NCBI GenBank assembly: GCA_016188545.1
Contig: JACPHO010000002.1
Span: forward strand, 13 to 64,012
DNA from: Candidatus Shapirobacteria bacterium
Lineage (GTDB): Bacteria; Patescibacteriota; Microgenomatia; UBA12405
Length of the DNA: 64,000 nucleotides
Direction of reading: 5' to 3'
The translations under genes and the position numbers were made by a program. Shown one piece after another: positions 10,120 to 18,514 of the stretch. Position 1 is the stretch's first letter, and each line of letters opens with the position of its first letter. Under the pieces are notes generated by a model. The model did no database searches, was not told the DNA's origin, and saw nothing but the letters and a program-made list of their open reading frames with translations.

Positions 10120-10602
10120 GTGGACCAGGAAACAAACATAACTGATAATTTGTACTACGACGAGCGATCGGCGGGAGGTATCGTGTACAAAAAGGAAGGA
10201 GAAAAAGTATTATTCCTCCTAATCAAAACTTTTGCCAACAAACGAAGGAAGACAGTCTTTAAGTTCCCCAAAGGACATCTGAATAAAGATGAAGTACTAA
10301 AGCAAGCGGCATTACGTGAGGTGGAAGAAGAAGGAAGGATTAAGAGTAAAATAATCACTAAGATAGGCTCAAATGATTATATTATCTGGGACAAATTACA
10401 GAAGAAAAAGATTATCAAGAAAGTGACTTTCTTTTTGATGGAGTATGTCGAGGAAAGCAACCTAAAGTATTTTGACTCGGAAGTGGTCTTGGATCGGATC
10501 TGGGTGAACTACAGCGATGCTCTAGGCAAGCTGGCTTTTGACTCGGAGAAGATACTACTGAAAAAAGCTAAGGTGAGGTTGGACTGGTTGAGTAAGAAAT
10601 AA
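10120..10602 (+). CDS. NUDIX hydrolase
   Basis: Nudix box GHLNKDEVLKQAALREVEEEGRI (Gx5Ex7REUxEExGU). Confidence 0.75.
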   Translation: MDQETNITDNLYYDERSAGGIVYKKEGEKVLFLLIKTFANKRRKTVFKFPKGHLNKDEVLKQAALREVEEEGRIKSKIITKIGSNDYIIWDKLQKKKIIKKVTFFLMEYVEESNLKYFDSEVVLDRIWVNYSDALGKLAFDSEKILLKKAKVRLDWLSKK

Positions 10603-10663
10603 TAATCTAAAGCTTCGTAACGTAGGTAAGTTTGATAAAATAGGAAGAATTTAATGGAGAGTT

Positions 10664-10730
10664 CCTCCTTCGCTTTGCTACGGCGGATAAACCCACCTTC
10701 GCGAAGACAACGCTTCGGCGGGTAAATCGG
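10664..10730. repeat. tandem pair of CC(N)CC...CGGCGG hairpin repeats (family also at 47005, 56886 and 60836)
   Basis: cctccttcgctttgctacggcgg followed by cccaccttcgcgaagacaacgcttcggcgggtaaatcgg. The gcgggtaaatcgg tail is identical to that at 47023-47037. Confidence 0.6.
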
Positions 10731-10786
10731 ACCAGCCTTCACTCCTTAGGAGTTACGGCTTGGCACAGTAGTAGTTTTAACAATAT

Positions 10787-10873
10787 GGAGAGGTCGGATA
10801 GTGGTTCATTCCACAGACCTGGAAAGTCTGCGCCGTAAAAAGCTCGCGGGTTCGAATCCCGCCCTCTCCGCCA
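10787..10873 (+). tRNA. tRNA-Ser (anticodon GGA), CCA encoded
   Basis: Acceptor GGAGAGG/CCUCUCC. Anticodon stem CAGAC/GUCUG with loop CUGGAAA. Long variable arm. T-arm GCGGG-UUCGAAU-CCCGC. 3' GCCA. Confidence 0.8.
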
Positions 10874-11059
10874 ATTTTCAGTTGTTCCCTACAGTTCCAT
10901 GTAATATAGGGAATGCAGCTCTCCAAACCAATAATTCGTTTGTTCCTGTTTAGCTTTTTTACCCGTAGGACGTTTTTTTAGAAATACACGTCTGACTGGT
11001 TAAAATATACCCGTAGGACGTGTATTGACAAATCTACGTCCAACGGGCATAATAGTTTT

Positions 11060-12028
11060 ATGAAGGTATTTTTGTCAAACCAGGGAAACTTAAGAAACTT
11101 TAAGAGTTTTACAGAATCCATAGACTTATCTCATCCAGATAAATTGGAAATAACAACTCACGATAAATGGGTAACAGTTCATCCAGCAAATCTGGTTTTG
11201 GCAGCTGCGTTAGCGATGAAAGTTGGCAAGGATAATACAGAAATTACAGGTAAAGTTCCTGAAACCGGACGATATTTAGACAGAATGGGACTTTATGAGT
11301 TAACTAAGACATCTTCGCCGTTTATATATAGGAAAAAGGAAGAGGCGGGAAGGTTTTTGCCGATTAAAGTGATAAAAGACTCTCAGGGTCAATCTCGTTT
11401 TATTACGGACATGGTACCTCTACTACATCTATCCGAAAAAAATGCCACAGTAGTGAAATATATTATTGGAGAGCTAGTTAGAAATGTTCTTGAACATTCT
11501 TTTGCGGATGATGGGGCAATTGTGGCCGCTCAATACTATAAAAAGACCAACCGGGTGAGTATAGGTATTTGTGACACAGGTATAGGTATCTGGAAGAGTA
11601 TGTGGAAATATTGGAGACCAAAAACTGACATTGATGCAATAAAATTAGCTTTGACTCCGGGAATTACTGGTACTACGCGAAGGGAAGGTGGTACATCCGA
11701 AAATGCAGGGGCTGGATTATTTTTTATAAAATCAATTGCAAAAATATCGCGTAACTATTTTGTAGTTTATAGTGGAAGTGCAGAATATACATTATTAAAA
11801 CATGACAAAAGAGTAAAGAATAAACCCAGGCTTTATGCTGATCCGAACCGAGATCCCCACAGTGAAACAAATACCTCTTCTGATTTTCAAGGTACTTTGG
11901 TAGCAGTAGATATTTCATTGGATGAGACTCCGGAATTTAATGATTTGTTAGCAAGTATTGGCGAGGTATACCACCAAGCAATTCGTGAACGTAAAAAAGA
12001 GAAATATAGAAAGCCAAAGTTTATATGA
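11060..12028 (+). CDS. GHKL-type (histidine-kinase-like) ATPase domain protein
   Basis: N-box ELVRNVLEHS, G1 box DTGIGI and G2 box GAGLFFIKS. There is no HisKA/DHp domain and no TM segment. Confidence 0.6.
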   Translation: MKVFLSNQGNLRNFKSFTESIDLSHPDKLEITTHDKWVTVHPANLVLAAALAMKVGKDNTEITGKVPETGRYLDRMGLYELTKTSSPFIYRKKEEAGRFLPIKVIKDSQGQSRFITDMVPLLHLSEKNATVVKYIIGELVRNVLEHSFADDGAIVAAQYYKKTNRVSIGICDTGIGIWKSMWKYWRPKTDIDAIKLALTPGITGTTRREGGTSENAGAGLFFIKSIAKISRNYFVVYSGSAEYTLLKHDKRVKNKPRLYADPNRDPHSETNTSSDFQGTLVAVDISLDETPEFNDLLASIGEVYHQAIRERKKEKYRKPKFI

Positions 12029-12336
12029 AAAAAATCATTAAAATACTAAAACAAACCGGTGACTTTGCTGAAAACAAAGATGTGGCAAAGGACTTAAGAT
12101 TGAAAAAAATTATGCCGGCTCTATTAAAGAGTAATGGAGTTATTTTGGACTTCAAGGGTGTTAATGGTGCAACACAATCTTTTATTCACGCCTTAATTAG
12201 TGATCCAATTCGTGAATTAAAAGACAGGGCTTTCGATAATCTGTCTTACAAAAACACAAATGATGCTATTCGTGAGATTATTTCCATTGTTTATCGTTAT
12301 ATGCAGGAAAGTTTAGATGGAAATGACGATAAATAA
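12025..12336 (+). CDS. STAS-like (DUF4325-like) small protein, translationally coupled to the GHKL ATPase
   Basis: 103 aa. ILDFKGVNGATQSFIHALI resembles the STAS-like DUF4325 core. Its start overlaps the upstream stop (ATGA). Confidence 0.5.
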   Translation: MKKIIKILKQTGDFAENKDVAKDLRLKKIMPALLKSNGVILDFKGVNGATQSFIHALISDPIRELKDRAFDNLSYKNTNDAIREIISIVYRYMQESLDGNDDK

Positions 12337-12338
12337 AA

Positions 12339-12390
12339 AAATAGGTTCTAACCGCATCAGTGGTTCACCACCAATTTAGAAAAGCGAGTA
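12339..12390. repeat. degenerate copy of the 'ataggttct...atggttcgccgc' intergenic repeat (full copies at 17691 and 18422)
   Basis: aaataggttctaaccgcatcagtggttcaccaccaat versus aataggttctggctgcgcact...atcaatggttcgccgctcaat. In each case a TATAAT box follows ~20-40 nt downstream. Confidence 0.45.
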
Positions 12391-12437
12391 AATCCTGCAA
12401 AAGTCATCGCAATTAGTTTCGAGAGTATAATGTTGAT

Positions 12438-13289
12438 GTGGAATATAAAATAAGACAGGCAACGAGAGAGGAATTGGACATTGCCGTAGGATGGGCTGCA
12501 AAAGAAGGGTGGAATCCGGGACTTGGAGACGCGGAGGTGTTCTGGAAAACAGATCCAGAAGGATTTGTAGCACTGGAAGTGGATGGAGAGATGGTGGGGA
12601 GCGGATCAATTGTGTCATATGGTGGGAAGTTTGGTTTTATGGGATTTTTTATCGTAAAGCCTGAATTCAGAGGTAAAGGTTGGGGGACAAAATTGTGGCA
12701 CTGGAGGCGAGATAAACTGTTGAGTCGATTGAATAAAGGAGCACCAATAGGAATGGATGGAGTTTTTGCTATGCAACCTTTTTATGCCAAAGGCGGCTTT
12801 GTATTGGCTCACCGAGATATGAGAATGGAGGGGGTGGGTAAAATAATGCAATTTAGCGAAAACGTTAAAGCAATTGAGGTTGATGATTTGGATGAAATAA
12901 GCAGCCTTGATGTCAAGTTTTTCGGGTATGAGAGAAGAACCTTTTTGCAAGGCTGGCTATTGATGAATAACAGCCAGGCTTTGAAATATGTTGATGGTGG
13001 GGAGATTAAAGGATATGGAGTAGTAAGAAAATGCCAAACAGGCTATAAGATTGGACCACTATTTGCTGATAATTATGAGGTAGCTGATGAGCTGTTTAGG
13101 GCTATGTCAACTTTTGCTGATGGTGAGCCGATTTATTTGGATGTCCCAGAGATAAATATTGATGGCATGAAACTGGCTAAAAACTACAATATGAAAGAGT
13201 GCTTTGGGTGTGCGCGGATGTATTACAGTCAAGCCCCGGCGTTACCGTACGACAAGATATTTGGGGTAACATCATTTGAGTTGGGCTAG
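12438..13289 (+). CDS. GNAT family N-acetyltransferase with a C-terminal accessory domain
   Basis: The acetyl-CoA binding region (FFIVKPEFRGKGWGTKLW) matches the GNAT Q/RxxGxG/A motif. Confidence 0.7.
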   Translation: MEYKIRQATREELDIAVGWAAKEGWNPGLGDAEVFWKTDPEGFVALEVDGEMVGSGSIVSYGGKFGFMGFFIVKPEFRGKGWGTKLWHWRRDKLLSRLNKGAPIGMDGVFAMQPFYAKGGFVLAHRDMRMEGVGKIMQFSENVKAIEVDDLDEISSLDVKFFGYERRTFLQGWLLMNNSQALKYVDGGEIKGYGVVRKCQTGYKIGPLFADNYEVADELFRAMSTFADGEPIYLDVPEINIDGMKLAKNYNMKECFGCARMYYSQAPALPYDKIFGVTSFELG

Positions 13290-13338
13290 ATCAAAGAATG
13301 CCCAAAAAGTAAACCTCAAATCGGATCAGTTCAGAAAA

Positions 13339-15570
13339 CTATAAATATTTTCCTGTCCACGATCTATCGCATTTTTTAATATCTTGGACTGTCCCCTGTG
13401 CCACTATCTCTCCGCCTTTGTCGCCACCTTCTAGCCCCATATCAATTATCCAATCGGCTTTTTTAATTACCTCTAAATTGTGCTCGATAACAAGTACAGT
13501 ATTGCCACTATCCACCAGTTTGTTTAACAATCTCATTAATTTCTCGACATCGGCAAAATGAAGGCCTGAGGTTGGTTCGTCCAAAATATAAAATTCACCT
13601 TTGTTTTGGAGTCGACTAGCCAACTTTAGTCTCTGACCTTCCCCTCCTGACAAAGTGTCCAGAGTCTGACCAAGTTCCAGATAATCTAGGCCAACATCTA
13701 GAAGCATTTTTAGGCCATCATTTATCGACTTTTGATTAAATAAATCACATGCTTCTATGGCGGTTATATCTAATATTTGGTCAATACTTTTGCTTTCAAA
13801 TTTATAATTCAAGACTTCTGGTTTATACCTTTTGCCATTACATTTATCGCACTTCATTTTGACATCTCCCAAAAAGTTCATATCCATTTCGATGAACCCC
13901 AAACCCTTACACTTGGGGCAACAGCCAGACTTGCTATTGAAACTAAATAGTGATGGGTTAACCTTGTTCTCACGGGCAAACAAATTCCTGACCTCATCAA
14001 ATATTCCCACATACGTAGCAATACATCCCCGCCGATTGTTGCCGATACTATTTTGGCCGACTAAGACTACTTTGTCTTGATGTTGAGCGACAATTTCCTC
14101 GACCAGAGAACTCTTGCCGGCACCTGACACACCAGTCAGGGCCACTAACAATCCTTTTGGGATGTCGACACTTATATTCTTTAAATTATTTCTATTGGTG
14201 GATTCGATTTTTAATAAGCCAGTGGGCTTTCTTGATTGTCTTATTGAGGTTTCTCCATTTGTCTGTCGATTCAAATACTTTGCTGTCAGCGACTTGTCAC
14301 TTTTTAACATTTCATCTTTTGTTCCGGCAAACACTATCTCTCCACCTTTCTGGCCACCACCGGGGCCAACCTCAACAATGTAGTCCGCCGCTCGGATTAC
14401 ACTTTCATCATGTTCGACAACTAAAACGCTATTGCCACTATCTCTCAATCTTTTTAAGTTGCCAACCACAAGTTCTAAATCTCTGGGGTGTAATCCAACT
14501 GTGGGCTCGTCCATGACATAAATCGTCTCTATCAAGTCACAGCCTAATTGTCGGGCTAATTTGACTCGCTGGGCTTCCCCTCCTGACAGAGTGTTGGTTG
14601 AGCGGTTGAGCGACAAATAACCGATACCAGCGTCGACTAAAAACTTTAGTTGTTCTAGTAATCTTGGCTTAATCACAATAGCATTTCGGTGGTCAATGCC
14701 TTTAATAAAATCCAAAGCTTCAGTTATGGGCATATTGGCTACTTGGCCAATATTTTTATTATTTATCAACACGGCTAGCGAATCTTTTTTGAGTCTCCAC
14801 CCCTGACACATCGGACAATCAACATAATTAAAATATTTCATTTCCTCTTCATTAACATGGCGACTAACGCTTGAACCGCGATTATTTAGATGAGTCACTA
14901 TTCCTTGATACATGGGCATGACTACCCCGTCATCATTATTGTTGGCTCTCTGCTTGGGGGCGGACATTAGCTTCTCAAATTCTTCGGGAGTATAGTCTCT
15001 GACCTTTTTATCCATGTCGAAAAAACCGGTCGACTTGATGATCTTCCAATACATCGATTTTACCCGCCAATTACTATACAAAATTGCCCCTTCATTAAGA
15101 CTTTTATTCACATCTATCAGCTTACTGGTATCTATGTCCATGGCTCTACCCAAACCCTTGCACTTGGGACAGGCACCAAGAGGATGGTTGAAAGAATAAT
15201 AGGACGAGTCAAATATCGGCCGACCAGCACGAGAATAGAGAAGACGAAGATAAGTGTAGGTTTCGGTAATGGTACCAACTGTTGACCGCTGGCTTTGATG
15301 CATTCTGTCTTGACTGATAATCACAGTTGATGAGATACCTTTTAAATCTTGCACGTCAGGACGGTTACTTTTTTGAAGATAGCGACGGGCCTGACTACTT
15401 AAACTTTCAAAGTACTGGCGCTGACCCTCGCGGGCAATGACATCAAAAGCAATGGTGGACTTACCACTCCCAGACACGCCAACAAAACAGACAACTTTGT
15501 TGCGTGGTATGGCTAAATCTATATTCTTAAGATTATTCTCTTTGGCGCCTTTGATGACGATGTTATCCAT
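13339..15570 (-). CDS. UvrA-like ABC ATPase (short UvrA paralogue, class II/drug-resistance type)
   Basis: 743 aa with two ABC modules (GVSGSGKST and GVSGAGKSS; signatures LSGGE.QR). Zn-finger CxxC pairs are present. It is shorter than canonical UvrA (~940 aa). Confidence 0.85.
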   Translation of the reverse strand: MDNIVIKGAKENNLKNIDLAIPRNKVVCFVGVSGSGKSTIAFDVIAREGQRQYFESLSSQARRYLQKSNRPDVQDLKGISSTVIISQDRMHQSQRSTVGTITETYTYLRLLYSRAGRPIFDSSYYSFNHPLGACPKCKGLGRAMDIDTSKLIDVNKSLNEGAILYSNWRVKSMYWKIIKSTGFFDMDKKVRDYTPEEFEKLMSAPKQRANNNDDGVVMPMYQGIVTHLNNRGSSVSRHVNEEEMKYFNYVDCPMCQGWRLKKDSLAVLINNKNIGQVANMPITEALDFIKGIDHRNAIVIKPRLLEQLKFLVDAGIGYLSLNRSTNTLSGGEAQRVKLARQLGCDLIETIYVMDEPTVGLHPRDLELVVGNLKRLRDSGNSVLVVEHDESVIRAADYIVEVGPGGGQKGGEIVFAGTKDEMLKSDKSLTAKYLNRQTNGETSIRQSRKPTGLLKIESTNRNNLKNISVDIPKGLLVALTGVSGAGKSSLVEEIVAQHQDKVVLVGQNSIGNNRRGCIATYVGIFDEVRNLFARENKVNPSLFSFNSKSGCCPKCKGLGFIEMDMNFLGDVKMKCDKCNGKRYKPEVLNYKFESKSIDQILDITAIEACDLFNQKSINDGLKMLLDVGLDYLELGQTLDTLSGGEGQRLKLASRLQNKGEFYILDEPTSGLHFADVEKLMRLLNKLVDSGNTVLVIEHNLEVIKKADWIIDMGLEGGDKGGEIVAQGTVQDIKKCDRSWTGKYL

Positions 15571-15614
15571 AGGTGTGATATAATAACCTATTACGTTACG
15601 TTATAGTCAATAAG

Positions 15615-16400
15615 ATGAATAACTACATCACTGCAGGAGAATTAGCCAAGCTCGCTGGCACCACCAAAAGAACTATTCTCTGGTATGACCAACTAGGAAT
15701 CCTTATGCCAGTAGAAGTGTCAACTGAGGGTTATCGTTACTACTCCGAGGCTCAGGTTTTGGAATATCAAATGATCCTTTTATTGACCACACTGGGAGTT
15801 ACCCTAAAGGAGATAAAAGATAAAAATGATTTGAGAAGTTTGTTTGAGGAGAAAAAAGCATCAATTAAATCTCAGATTGATAATCTTCAATTTGGGCTTA
15901 AGAACTTAGAAAAATTTATGCACAACCTCGACCAAAACAAAACTTTAATAAAGCCGGAAATTAAAGTATTAAAGCCGTTTGATGTTTATTATATTGAGAA
16001 GATAGGTTCTTACGTTGGCATTGGAAAGTACTGCCAAGAATTGGCGGGGATGTTTATCAACAAAGGTAAAGAATTTATCACCTTGGCTATCTTCGAGAAT
16101 CCTACATATCAACCCAAGAAGTCGTTGATAAAAATCTCTGTCATGGCTCGATCTGATATGGTTATTGATCCTAAATTTAAAGACTCAATTAAAAAGATTG
16201 AGTACAATCCCGGCAAAGTAATCACTTATACCCATAACGGAGCCGGGGAGCTGTTGTCTTTATTTTGGAAGGAACTCGAGAAATACTGTCGATTGAACAA
16301 AATAGAAGTTCGACATGAGTTACCGGATTTTGAAATATATCGGAAAGTTAATAGTGACCCACGAAAGCAATTCTTTGAAATCTATTTGCCGATTAAATAG
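15615..16400 (+). CDS. MerR-family transcriptional regulator with a GyrI-like effector-binding domain
   Basis: N-terminal MerR HTH (ELAKLAGTTKRTILWYDQLGIL), a coiled-coil linker and a C-terminal GyrI-like domain (BmrR/TipA-type architecture). Confidence 0.7.
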   Translation: MNNYITAGELAKLAGTTKRTILWYDQLGILMPVEVSTEGYRYYSEAQVLEYQMILLLTTLGVTLKEIKDKNDLRSLFEEKKASIKSQIDNLQFGLKNLEKFMHNLDQNKTLIKPEIKVLKPFDVYYIEKIGSYVGIGKYCQELAGMFINKGKEFITLAIFENPTYQPKKSLIKISVMARSDMVIDPKFKDSIKKIEYNPGKVITYTHNGAGELLSLFWKELEKYCRLNKIEVRHELPDFEIYRKVNSDPRKQFFEIYLPIK

Positions 16401-16402
16401 GA

Positions 16403-17689
16403 TTGGCATTGATGGTATATTTTGCCTGCTTTCTGATACAATTTGTTGTGATTTTGGGCAAACATGATCCTGTAAAAGTTTATTCGGCAATTCGATTTGC
16501 CTCGGCATTATTATTCTCGGTAATAGTTACTGTCAACTTGGTGTATCAAGCGACAGTAGTAGGATTAAATCCCCTACAACTGGTATTGGTAGGTACAGTG
16601 TTGGAAACCGTATCGTTTTTGTTTGAAGTGCCAACTGGGATTGTGGCTGACGTTTATAGTAGAAAGTTATCGGTGATTATTGGATTGTTATTGATTGGTT
16701 TGGGGTTTACTGTTGAGGGCCTGTTTCCATCATTTGCAGCCATCCTGGTTGCCCAAGTGATTTGGGGAATTGGGTTTACATTTGTATCAGGTGCACGAGA
16801 AGCATGGATTGCTGACGAGATAGGAGAAGATAAGGCAGGGAAAGCATTTTCAAAAGGTTCTCAGATGAGCCTGGTTGGGTCATTTATTGGAATAGCTATT
16901 AGTATGGCCTTAGCCAACATCAATATTCGACTGCCAATAATTCTTGGTGGGGTGCTTTATAGTTGCCAGTCAATATATTTGTGGCTATTTATGCCTGAGA
17001 ACAACTTTCACCCGACACCAATTGGGAAACGAGAGACTTTTGGAGTAATGAAAGAAACCCTAACTAATGGAATAAAACTAATAAAAGCTAGCCCTGTCTT
17101 ATTAACAATAATCTTAGCTGGTTTAATTTTTGGAATATTCTCAGAAGGGTTTGATAGATTGTGGACACCGTTTATGATTAATAATTTTTCATTTCCGGAG
17201 ATTTGGAATTTGAAACCGGTGATTTGGTTTGGAATTTTGGCAATGATTGCCAACGCCTTGGCAATAGTAGCGGTGAGACTTGCGGAGAAGAAAACAGACA
17301 CCAATAACCACAAGTCGACGGTAACAACTTTGTTAATTGTTAATGGAATTTTGGCGATAGTGGTAATGATCTTTGGTCTATCGGGGAATTTTGTGATGGC
17401 GGCAGTGGCTTATTGGATGGTGTCGATGTTTAGAGAAGCGCGAGGTCCAATCTATGATGCATGGACAAATCAGAATCTAGAACCAAAAGTTAGGGCGACT
17501 GTTTTCTCGATGTGCAGTCAGGCCAATGCTGTAGGACAGATTGTTGGCGGGCCCCTGTTGGGATTTATCGCAACCGCCGTATCACTGAGATTTAGTTTTG
17601 TTTTGGCTGGAATGTTTTTGATTCCATCGTTACTTCTGTATACAAATTCCATTAAAAATCACAAAATGGTTGAACCAGTGATTGTATAA
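16403..17689 (+). CDS. MFS transporter
   Basis: 12 predicted TM segments and an MFS-like loop motif after TM2. Confidence 0.7.
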   Translation: MALMVYFACFLIQFVVILGKHDPVKVYSAIRFASALLFSVIVTVNLVYQATVVGLNPLQLVLVGTVLETVSFLFEVPTGIVADVYSRKLSVIIGLLLIGLGFTVEGLFPSFAAILVAQVIWGIGFTFVSGAREAWIADEIGEDKAGKAFSKGSQMSLVGSFIGIAISMALANINIRLPIILGGVLYSCQSIYLWLFMPENNFHPTPIGKRETFGVMKETLTNGIKLIKASPVLLTIILAGLIFGIFSEGFDRLWTPFMINNFSFPEIWNLKPVIWFGILAMIANALAIVAVRLAEKKTDTNNHKSTVTTLLIVNGILAIVVMIFGLSGNFVMAAVAYWMVSMFREARGPIYDAWTNQNLEPKVRATVFSMCSQANAVGQIVGGPLLGFIATAVSLRFSFVLAGMFLIPSLLLYTNSIKNHKMVEPVIV

Positions 17690-17701
17690 AATAGGTTCTG
17701 G

Positions 17702-17758
17702 CTGCGCACTTCGACAAGCCAACATAAATCAATGGTTCGCCGCTCAATATTGTGACAA
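17702..17758 (+). repeat. 57 bp direct repeat, copy 1 (identical to 18431-18487)
   Basis: ctgcgcacttcgacaagccaacataaatcaatggttcgccgctcaatattgtgacaa, an exact match to copy 2. A TATAAT box follows 3 nt later. Confidence 0.9.
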
Positions 17759-17773
17759 GGTATAATTAGCCAG

Positions 17774-18430
17774 ATGCAAACGGTTAAGTTTGAAATTAAT
17801 CCGGAAAAAGAATACGAATATCACCAGCTTTTTTGTAACACCCGTGGTTTTGAAGGTATGTCCATTTTTTCTTTTACTCCAATCAAAAATAAAACTAAAA
17901 TCACAAAGAAGATTATTGATTTCTGGGATGATGACGATAAAGAACTAACCAAGAAAATTGAAAGCGAATGGAAGTTAATAGAGAAAGGTTGTTTTAAGCT
18001 GTTTGAAGATATTACCGAAACTTCTTGGCTGTATAAAACCTACCATGCCTACTTTTTGGCTTTTAGTCCAATAATTGGTTTTAGTAATCCATTTAATTTA
18101 AGGAGTCAGGAAATAGCATTAACCACTGGGGCAATTATTAACCCCAAGTTTTTAATAGGACATGAGTTATTTCACAGCCACTATTACTACGTGGTCGACA
18201 AAATGAAGATGACGGCGAGATTAAACAGAACTATTTTTACCGAAGGAGTAGCCGCATTGGCATTATTTGAGACAAAAGCCAAGAATTTATTTCCAGAGAC
18301 AGACACAGAAAGTAGTATAAGTTCATATCCGGAAGTACGGGCTAATTGGTCGATATTTTTAGATTATTGGCGCAAAAGACTTAGTTTTGAAGATTTTTTA
18401 ATGAAGATTGCTCAAGATAGTAGGTTCTAA
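17774..18430 (+). CDS. hypothetical protein with an HExxH motif (putative metal-dependent hydrolase)
   Basis: 218 aa carrying IGHELFHSHYYY. The gene is bracketed by perfect 57 bp direct repeats. Confidence 0.4.
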   Translation: MQTVKFEINPEKEYEYHQLFCNTRGFEGMSIFSFTPIKNKTKITKKIIDFWDDDDKELTKKIESEWKLIEKGCFKLFEDITETSWLYKTYHAYFLAFSPIIGFSNPFNLRSQEIALTTGAIINPKFLIGHELFHSHYYYVVDKMKMTARLNRTIFTEGVAALALFETKAKNLFPETDTESSISSYPEVRANWSIFLDYWRKRLSFEDFLMKIAQDSRF

Positions 18431-18487
18431 CTGCGCACTTCGACAAGCCAACATAAATCAATGGTTCGCCGCTCAATATTGTGACAA
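18431..18487 (+). repeat. 57 bp direct repeat, copy 2
   Basis: Exact duplicate of 17702-17758. It again follows ...taggttcta and is followed by gtataat. Confidence 0.9.
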
Positions 18488-18514
18488 TAGAAAGTTGTCG
18501 TATAATTTGCCTTA

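Noticed and set aside
9918-10139. N-terminal extension of the BRO-N ORF (full 9099..10139)
   Set aside because: The extension translates straight through the tRNA-Arg(CCG) sequence (GVEPGSIPSEGIILS... is the tRNA read as protein). The CDS was trimmed to the Met at 9917.
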